From assembly GCA_043772795.1 (NCBI GenBank), contig JAYVFX010001253.1, positions 1,448 to 65,447 on the forward strand: a stretch of 64,000 bases of DNA, given 5' to 3'. This DNA comes from Deltaproteobacteria bacterium (lineage in GTDB: Bacteria > Desulfobacterota > Binatia > Bin18). Position 1 is the first letter of the stretch. Each line of letters opens with the position of its first letter. Positions 58,701 to 64,000 of this stretch are shown here, piece by piece. Under the pieces are notes generated by a model. The model did not search any database. It was not told the DNA's origin and saw only the letters and a list, made by a program, of their open reading frames with translations. Position numbers and translations under genes: made by a program.

Positions 58701-59201
58701 TTACATGCCTACGTGACGGCAGTTTTCGATCTTGTTCTCTACGCAGAAGGTGCAGCGATCATCCCCTTCGGCCATATCCCAGTCCATATCGTAATCCATC
58801 GATGGGATCTTGGTGTGCTTGGCAAGTTCAAGCATCCGGTCCACTTGCTTGGCTACACCCGCGCGGGTATAAATAGTCTTCATGACCATAACATCGGGCT
58901 CCAGTCCATCAATAGGCTCCACATCCGTCTCCGCCCGCACCGCGTTGTCTTTCACGTGGGTCAGCACATTCAGGGCAAACTGCATGTGCGACATCAGCTG
59001 TAGGCTGGTCATGCGATTCATCGTCACCTCTCGGACGGCACCGCCCGTGTTGGTGATCTGTTCGATGCGCCACCCGCCGCCCTGCCTGTCGAGTTGATAG
59101 GCACCGTTATCTAGCGAGCTGTTGGCTACCCTACCGCCCATCCCGGCAATCAGCCGAGCGAACACCAGCTTTACTTCCTTGTGGCTTATTCTTTTGTCCA
59201 T
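58701..59201 (-). CDS. hypothetical protein
   Basis: Internal ATG 59201 of table ORF 58701..59438. Confidence 0.3.
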   Translation of the reverse strand: MDKRISHKEVKLVFARLIAGMGGRVANSSLDNGAYQLDRQGGGWRIEQITNTGGAVREVTMNRMTSLQLMSHMQFALNVLTHVKDNAVRAETDVEPIDGLEPDVMVMKTIYTRAGVAKQVDRMLELAKHTKIPSMDYDMDWDMAEGDDRCTFCVENKIENCRHVGM

Positions 59202-59404
59202 TGTGACTCTCCGGGGACGACGATTTACTTGAGCTGTTCCAGCGCGTAGTCGACCAGCCCCCGCAGTTGTGTCAGGGCAATGCGGGTCTTGTTGATACTC
59301 ACATCGGCAAGGCGACGGTCTGCCTTGTCTGCTACGACCACAACGCCGCGGAGTGTACGGCGGACATTCTCGAGCTGCGCCTGATTGAGATACACTGTGC
59401 GCCC

Positions 59405-59614
59405 CTAGTAGGCTGTTTCCCGAATGATTTTCGCGCACTGCTCGGGCTCGATGTACAGATTGTGCGCATCCTTGCAGTACCGTTCCTCACGCAGGGTTAG
59501 GTTGCGGCCTAGTAGCCGTCGTACCTCGCGGATGTACTGTTTGAGTGTCATTGTGGGTCCTGTGTGGTGAGGCACTACCCTAAAGGTAGGGTCGGGACCA
59601 CGGTAAGTCAACAT
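59405..59614 (-). CDS. hypothetical protein
   Basis: 69 aa. Confidence 0.25.
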   Translation of the reverse strand: MLTYRGPDPTFRVVPHHTGPTMTLKQYIREVRRLLGRNLTLREERYCKDAHNLYIEPEQCAKIIRETAY

Positions 59615-59620
59615 CAGGTC

Positions 59621-60088
59621 CTACTGGATTTTACCGATCATGGCTTGTAACGACAGCTGCCGCAGCAGGGCAGCCAGTGGTGCCATTGGCACCCAGACGA
59701 TCGAGCGTGGGGCACAGAGCACCCCGTGGAATGGCACCTGTAGATTGGTAAGGTACTCAACCTGATCCGCCGGTGATGGTTGGCACGTACCGGCCGGGTG
59801 CGAATGGATGCTGGGCAAGTCGCCGCAGGTAGGTGGCTTAATGCCACTGGCAGTGCCGCGCGAGGACGTGTCTTCGGTCACACCGGTGATATCGTAGGCG
59901 GTATGCGACTCCGTGCGACGGGCCACATAGGATACGCACCACGTGCGTTCGGTGTTCCCGTACCCCGCCGCTAGCGTGGCGGCAACCTGATCCGGTACGT
60001 TGACAAACGTAACCAGATCCGCAGAGCTTTGCGCCCGGAGGGTGGGGGCTAACATCAGTGCCGTAAAGGCAAGTATGGAATGTCTCAT
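59621..60088 (-). CDS. secreted JAMM/MPN+ motif protein (RadC-like HSHPAG signature)
   Basis: From ATG 60088: MRHSILAFTALMLAPTLRAQ signal peptide; exact HxHx7Sx2D motif (HSHPAGTCQPSPAD) with upstream Glu. Confidence 0.4.
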   Translation of the reverse strand: MRHSILAFTALMLAPTLRAQSSADLVTFVNVPDQVAATLAAGYGNTERTWCVSYVARRTESHTAYDITGVTEDTSSRGTASGIKPPTCGDLPSIHSHPAGTCQPSPADQVEYLTNLQVPFHGVLCAPRSIVWVPMAPLAALLRQLSLQAMIGKIQ

Positions 60089-60369
60089 AATAGAGGGCAG
60101 GTGGGGAGTCGAACCCCACCCACTGACCATCTGCCCTTACCGCAGTTCCTTAATGTACCGTTCGACCCGACCTGCCGCAATGCGCAAGGCACATCGAACT
60201 CGACAGTGTAGTATGGGCCTACCCGGATCATCTGGGCAGTGTTGAGCTCCGGGTACTTTGCTAACAGTTCCCGGACAATCTCTTCCGTGCGGGAACGCCG
60301 CCCGGTACTTGCGAGCATATCCCCGATGGGCGTCAGGGGACCGGGATGCGGCTGATGTTCCGTGCTCAT
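60085..60369 (-). CDS. hypothetical protein whose last ~14 codons overlap tRNA-like element 3
   Basis: ATGA coupling at both start (60369) and stop (60085); no earlier in-frame stop. Confidence 0.3.
   Translation of the reverse strand: MSTEHQPHPGPLTPIGDMLASTGRRSRTEEIVRELLAKYPELNTAQMIRVGPYYTVEFDVPCALRQVGSNGTLRNCGKGRWSVGGVRLPTCPLL
60094..60136 (-). ncRNA. tRNA-like minihelix element 3
   Basis: RNA GGGCAG-ATGGTCAGTG-GTGGGG-TTCGACT-CCCCAC-CTGCCC-T; lies inside the 3' end of ORF 60085..60369 and 5 nt upstream of the JAMM gene ATG. Confidence 0.45.
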
Positions 60370-60617
60370 TTGGCACACTCCCGGCAGGGGCAGGTACCGG
60401 GGATGTGGAAGTTCCAGTTGTTGTAGTCACTGACTGCGCCGTACCCGTTGAATCCAATCTTAACCGGCACACGGAACGTCTGGTCCGGTCCGGGGGTGAT
60501 GCCGCCGTTGACTCGGCAGGTGATGTGCTTAGCTGCCTGCTTTTTGCCTGCTGTGGGCGTGGCGTAGTACACCTCATCCCGATACTTCAGGGTTTCGGCC
60601 TGTTCTTTGGTGATCAT
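60366..60617 (-). CDS. hypothetical protein
   Basis: Internal ATG 60617 of table ORF 60366..60767; 83 aa. Confidence 0.25.
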   Translation of the reverse strand: MITKEQAETLKYRDEVYYATPTAGKKQAAKHITCRVNGGITPGPDQTFRVPVKIGFNGYGAVSDYNNWNFHIPGTCPCRECAK

Positions 60618-60669
60618 AGAACCTGTCCTCATTTGGAGACAGCCACAGGGGCGGAGCGCCTCGTGACAT

Positions 60670-60712
60670 GGGGCTGGGCAGGAGTCGAACCTGCCCACTG
60701 GACCGTCAGCCC
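60670..60712 (-). ncRNA. tRNA-like minihelix element 4
   Basis: RNA GGGCT-GACGGTCCAGT-GGGCAGG-TTCGACT-CCTGCCC-AGCCC-C; the 5' G is the G of the upstream TAG stop. Confidence 0.45.
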
Positions 60713-60963
60713 TACTCGTCGCATAGCTCCGTCCATAGGACCGTGAAGATGGTGGTCTGCCTGACATGCCTGATAGCAGTCAGGGCGCTAAACGTGATGT
60801 CGCCCTCAGCCTCCTGTTCCTTGAGAATCTTGGTGGCGATGTGCGCCACTGCACGGTCGACAGCATCATCTGATCGAAGGTTGCCGGCAAAGGCGTGGGC
60901 TTCCTTGACGTCGGCATGGTCCTGGCCCTCGGTCGCTTGGGATGTTACGATGGTGATCCTCAT
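60712..60963 (-). CDS. hypothetical protein
   Basis: Internal ATG of table ORF 60712..61005. Confidence 0.2.
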   Translation of the reverse strand: MRITIVTSQATEGQDHADVKEAHAFAGNLRSDDAVDRAVAHIATKILKEQEAEGDITFSALTAIRHVRQTTIFTVLWTELCDE

Positions 60964-61346
60964 TACTTGACCTCCTGAAGGATGCTTAAGTTGACTTCGC
61001 CCCAAGCCTGCCAGATCACATACCGTGTTCCATTCTCTAGCGTCAGAGTCATTGACTCATAGACGCCCTTACCCGGCATGCTGTTTGCATTGCCATGTTC
61101 GATATTGACGATCTTGTGCCCCTTCAGGTCCGAGAACGCCACAGATACGGCGCGGTACTTCCGCGTGGGCTCATTCAGAACATCGAGCACGAACACCGGC
61201 AGGGTATGGGGGTTCACCGGCTCGCCTGTCCAGTTATCGATCTGGCGGCATTTCGGCACATGGTGTCTCTCCGTGATACAGGTGCAGTATGGGCACCGCA
61301 CCTTATCACGTAGGTTGCCGGCAGGTACAGCTCGGCGGGTCATCAT
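60963..61346 (-). CDS. hypothetical protein
   Basis: Internal ATG-ATG at 61346 overlapping the stop of the upstream peptide; 127 aa. Confidence 0.3.
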   Translation of the reverse strand: MMTRRAVPAGNLRDKVRCPYCTCITERHHVPKCRQIDNWTGEPVNPHTLPVFVLDVLNEPTRKYRAVSVAFSDLKGHKIVNIEHGNANSMPGKGVYESMTLTLENGTRYVIWQAWGEVNLSILQEVK

Positions 61347-61510
61347 CGCCCCCGAATGCCGGCATTGTACGCCAACAGAAACCAGCACATCGCGATCATC
61401 CAGAGCATGAAGCCCATGTACGGCAGGGCCGCCATGAGCAGGTTGCCGCCCCACATGAACGATAGGCCGAAGCCCGTGAACCCAATGGACAGCACAACTC
61501 GCCGGAACAT
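61343..61510 (-). CDS. small two-TM membrane peptide (55 aa)
   Basis: Not in the ORF track; MFRRVVLSIGFTGFGLSFMWGGNLLMAALPYMGFMLWMIAMCWFLLAYNAGIRGR. Confidence 0.25.
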   Translation of the reverse strand: MFRRVVLSIGFTGFGLSFMWGGNLLMAALPYMGFMLWMIAMCWFLLAYNAGIRGR

Positions 61511-61556
61511 ATGAACCTCCTAGGTGGATGCCGGTGCCCCCGGCAGGGTTAGACAT

Positions 61557-61599
61557 GGGGCGGGCAGGGAGTCGGACCCTGCCACATGACCATCCGCCC
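61557..61599 (-). ncRNA. tRNA-like minihelix element 5
   Basis: RNA GGGCG-GATGGTCATGT-GGCAGGG-TCCGACT-CCCTGCC-CGCCC-C; begins 1 nt after the upstream TAA stop. Confidence 0.4.
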
Positions 61600-61600
61600 T

Positions 61601-61876
61601 TTACAGGTCCTGCTCGCCGACCATGCGCATCAGTTGAAAGTACCTGATTTTGACGTTGGTGCTGGGGTCGGTGGGCGTGTGGCGGACCATGATGTACGCT
61701 GCCTCATCCTCACCCTCGCCCTCATAGAATGGGTAGGACGTGACCAGCACCGTCTGTCCGGTAATGGTGACGACCAGCTTGCCCGGCACGAACTGCAGAC
61801 TGAGTGAGTCTTGCTTGAGCTCGGCGGCAGTGTTCGGGAAGTGCCGGGAGACGAGACGTTCGTTGGTCACGGTCAT
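61601..61876 (-). CDS. hypothetical protein
   Basis: Internal ATG of table ORF 61601..61942. Confidence 0.25.
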   Translation of the reverse strand: MTVTNERLVSRHFPNTAAELKQDSLSLQFVPGKLVVTITGQTVLVTSYPFYEGEGEDEAAYIMVRHTPTDPSTNVKIRYFQLMRMVGEQDL

Positions 61877-62000
61877 GCCCTCAGGAGGGTGGTGAGCCGC
61901 ACGTCGATGATGATCGCGGGCGAGTTGTGGTCGTTGCCCCACGCGGCAGCTATGATAGCGGTGGCGGTGGCGAACTGTTCTGGGGTGAGGTGGTGGCAGG

Positions 62001-62150
62001 TCATGGGTTGTGGTACTCCATGCCGCCCATCGTGATGATCACGCCGACCCCGGCGTGATACCGTGCGCGGTGGCTGGGCAGTACGTGATCGCACTGCGGG
62101 CAGCAGTGCACTGCCGGACCGAACAGCCAGTCCATGAGCTTGGCAAGCAT
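62001..62150 (-). CDS. small Cys-His protein (49 aa)
   Basis: MLAKLMDWLFGPAVHCCPQCDH...; ATGA coupling to the downstream ORF; C-terminal in-frame part of table ORF 62001..62912. Confidence 0.2.
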   Translation of the reverse strand: MLAKLMDWLFGPAVHCCPQCDHVLPSHRARYHAGVGVIITMGGMEYHNP

Positions 62151-62308
62151 TGTGGGCCGTACCTGTGTGCTAGCCGGGCACCATTGTCCGGCAGGGGCTG
62201 GGCACGGGGTTGCACCGTGCGTGTTACCTACGCCAGCCGAGACAGTAGTACCGGGGCCGGTGGTGGGGTGACCTTCCCCCCACCCCAGCCCCTGTGCTAC
62301 TGGGTTAC

Positions 62309-62854
62309 TTACCTGCCAGCGCGAGCTGCGGCGCGGCGGGCTGCCTTGCCGGTCAGCTCGACCGGCGCCGCCACCTCTGCCGTCTCGATCTGCTCCGCCT
62401 GCACCACTGGCTCGGTCACCGCGGCCGGGGTCGCCTCCACCACCACCGCCGGGCGAACCAGCACCTTTTCGAACCCGTACACCCGGCCGCGGGTGATGTG
62501 CTTGTAGTTGCCGATCGCCCCGCCAACCTTGGCGAGCCGGCTGAACTGGATTCCCACCGTAACTGCCATGCCCAGCGGGTCGCGGGTGGGGAACTTCACG
62601 GTGAGCACATCGAGCACTTCCTTGCGGGTGGCGCCGGTGGGCTGCTCGAGCATGGAACGGATCGTTCCGATCACACCGTCCGCGCGCTTGGCGGCGTTGG
62701 CAACCTTGCGGGCATTCTTCTCGGTCGCCTTGGCGGCACGCTTGGCACGCCGGTCGGCATCGAGCAGTTCCTGCTTGCTGGGGGCGGGGGCGGCGGTCAC
62801 TTCGACCTGCGCGTGGGTCTCGGTCGTCTCGACCGGCAGGGTGTTGGTTTCCAT
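62309..62854 (-). CDS. histone-H1-like DNA-binding protein, paralog B
   Basis: ATG 62854; basic RRAKRAAKATEKNARKVANAAKR tract; DGVIGTIRSM...EVLDVLTVKFP...QFSRLAKVGGAIGNYKHITRGRVYGF paralogous to 56599..57135. Confidence 0.4.
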   Translation of the reverse strand: METNTLPVETTETHAQVEVTAAPAPSKQELLDADRRAKRAAKATEKNARKVANAAKRADGVIGTIRSMLEQPTGATRKEVLDVLTVKFPTRDPLGMAVTVGIQFSRLAKVGGAIGNYKHITRGRVYGFEKVLVRPAVVVEATPAAVTEPVVQAEQIETAEVAAPVELTGKAARRAAARAGR

Positions 62855-62912
62855 TGTATACCTTACCTTTGTGATGGTGGTGATACCTGCCCGGTACATT
62901 TGACCGGGGCAA

Positions 62913-62957
62913 ACTGGGTGGGGGATTTGAACCCCCGAAACACCGCCACTTGCCCAG
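62913..62957 (-). ncRNA. tRNA-like minihelix element 6
   Basis: RNA CTGGG-[16 nt]-GGGGG-TTCAAAT-CCCCC-A-CCCAG-T; an alternative ~88-nt fold reaching 63000 is possible. Confidence 0.35.
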
Positions 62958-63068
62958 TACCTACAACTTACCGCATGTACCACAACCTGTCTCCGCCCAG
63001 TGTGACCGCACCCTAGTAGTGTATGTCGCCCAGCACCTCAATTATGAGATACCCGGTGGGGTCTGCGG

Positions 63069-63245
63069 TCATTTTGACCCTGCCAGTATGCGGGCAACGG
63101 TTATCCGGCGGACTTTCCAGGCGGCTACCCGCGCGGCACTACGTTTGGCACACCCTTGGCACACAAAGTCATCCGCACGGTCCAAGTACACTAGGTCCGT
63201 TTCTTGTGTGGGGGCACCGCACCGGGCACATGGGTGTTCAGGCAT
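63069..63245 (-). CDS. small zinc-ribbon protein (58 aa)
   Basis: Not in the ORF track; MPEHPCARCGAP...FVCQGCAKR four-Cys pattern. Confidence 0.2.
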   Translation of the reverse strand: MPEHPCARCGAPTQETDLVYLDRADDFVCQGCAKRSAARVAAWKVRRITVARILAGSK

Positions 63246-63317
63246 TTGTTTCTCCGTAAATGGTTTCCGTACTGTACTGCTAAGGGGTTGGGTGGAGTTG
63301 CACCACTAACCCCGTTA

Positions 63318-63569
63318 CTAAATGCCGGTACCGGAGGGGCAGGTGTCCTCGTGGTAAAACGCATGGGTCACCTTTACCGTATGTTGGTCAGTCATGTCGC
63401 AAAACTGTACATCACCGTCCACTAGGGTAGGGTTCTCGGTCACCTGTACCTTGGCATGGTACCCTAGGGCATAGTAACCGAAGTGTGCTTTGTTCACGTG
63501 TCCACTTGTGTAGTACACACTGCGGTTACCCTCGTCATCGGTCAAAATGGCTATGGTGTACTTTTCCAT
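63318..63569 (-). CDS. hypothetical protein (first gene of the minus-strand block)
   Basis: 83 aa, His/Tyr-rich. Confidence 0.3.
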   Translation of the reverse strand: MEKYTIAILTDDEGNRSVYYTSGHVNKAHFGYYALGYHAKVQVTENPTLVDGDVQFCDMTDQHTVKVTHAFYHEDTCPSGTGI

Positions 63570-64000
63570 GGTGGTAACCCTGTGTGTGGGTGCGGTTGTG
63601 GTGGTGCAGTTGTATACCTATAAAGTACCGAATGTACCACAACCCGACAAGGGTTTTTGTGTCACCGTTACAATTTTCGGTAGCCTAAAGATGTAGTGGG
63701 GTTAATGGGGTATTTGTATACAGAAGGTGAAACAGTGGTGAGGGGTTACCGGACAATGCGACCCCCGCCCTTCCAACCCCTACCACAACCGGAATTTTTT
63801 CATCTACCCACTACCAGCCACGGTCAATTTGACCCATGGACACCCCATTGTATACAAATAACTGTCTCCTTTAGGTGACAGAATGCTGACTGTATACAAA
63901 TAGTGGAGCATTCTAGAGAATGTAAGTGTCCACTCCAGGCGACAGCCGGTGTGCGAAGGTGTCACCACGTTGAGACACCGATGGGTGACGGGGTGTCGCC
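63570..64000. promoter_or_regulatory. intergenic control region with three TGTATACAAATA copies (one inverted) and several GGTGACA/TGTCACC half-sites
   Basis: Copies at about 63711-63722 (inverted), 63849-63860, 63891-63902; partial TGTATACC at 63611; lies upstream of the leftward gene block and, across the window boundary, of the terminase region. Confidence 0.4.

Noticed and set aside
60137-60577. 146-aa minus-strand ORF
   Set aside because: Low-complexity Ser/Thr/Pro/Arg composition overlapping the ATGA-coupled genes 60085..60369 and 60366..60617 in another frame.
62001-62912. 303-aa minus-strand ORF (Arg/Pro/Gly-rich)
   Set aside because: Alternative-frame artefact of a GC-rich region. 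It overlaps the better-supported histone-like gene 62309..62854, and only its last 49 codons (62001..62150) look like a real small gene.
56496-62957. Calling the six T-loop-containing loci canonical tRNA genes (for example a tRNA-Leu(UAA) reading of the 85-nt span around 60094-60178)
   Set aside because: By eye no locus yields a D-arm plus anticodon arm with a U33-containing 7-nt loop and a matching 7-bp acceptor. Element 2 has only 21 nt of intergenic space upstream of its T-arm. A minihelix interpretation fits all six better. A tRNA finder should still be run.
1-64000. Integrase, CI-like repressor or other lysogeny module
   Set aside because: Not found in the window. There is no tyrosine/serine recombinase motif-bearing ORF, and the only HTH candidate is a 69-aa protein. 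The element may be virulent, or the lysogeny genes lie outside the window.

Overview
The window reads as a near-complete tailed-phage (siphovirus-like) genome or prophage segment of about 64 kb with a fairly high GC content.

**Layout.**
- **Plus strand, 0.3–23.6 kb:** virion morphogenesis module (large terminase, portal, MuF-like protein, scaffold, capsid, head-tail joining proteins, major tail protein, tail chaperone with a likely -1 frameshift, 1099-aa tape measure protein, tail tip and tail fibre proteins).
- **Plus strand, 23.6–30.3 kb:** lysis cassette (two-TM holin plus M15 peptidase endolysin with a peptidoglycan-binding domain), with a small lipoprotein and membrane-anchored coiled-coil proteins nearby, followed by a 735-aa protein built from about 20 tandem glycine-rich repeats.
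- **Plus strand, 30.5–50.7 kb:** DNA metabolism module: endonuclease VII, DnaQ-like exonuclease, SNF2-type helicase, a complete 7-deazaguanine (preQ0) DNA-modification cluster (QueC, FolE, QueD, DpdA, QueE) interleaved with a nucleoside deoxyribosyltransferase-like protein and a DnaN-like clamp, ThyX, family-A DNA polymerase, SSB-like protein, primase-polymerase and an SF1 helicase.
- **Minus strand, 50.9–63.6 kb:** a dense block of small, translationally coupled genes, a UvrD-like helicase, two paralogous lysine-rich histone-H1-like proteins and a secreted JAMM-motif protein.
- **63.6–64.0 kb:** an intergenic region with repeated TGTATACAAATA palindromes.

**Most unusual signal.** Six intergenic elements of about 43–55 nt on the minus strand each carry a canonical tRNA T-arm (GGTTCGAATCC-type loop) stacked on an acceptor-like stem, but have no room for D or anticodon arms. 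Several begin at, or within one nucleotide of, the stop codon of the upstream gene.

I saw no integrase, repressor or CRISPR array. Where I refined start codons by eye, coordinates may be off by a few nucleotides.
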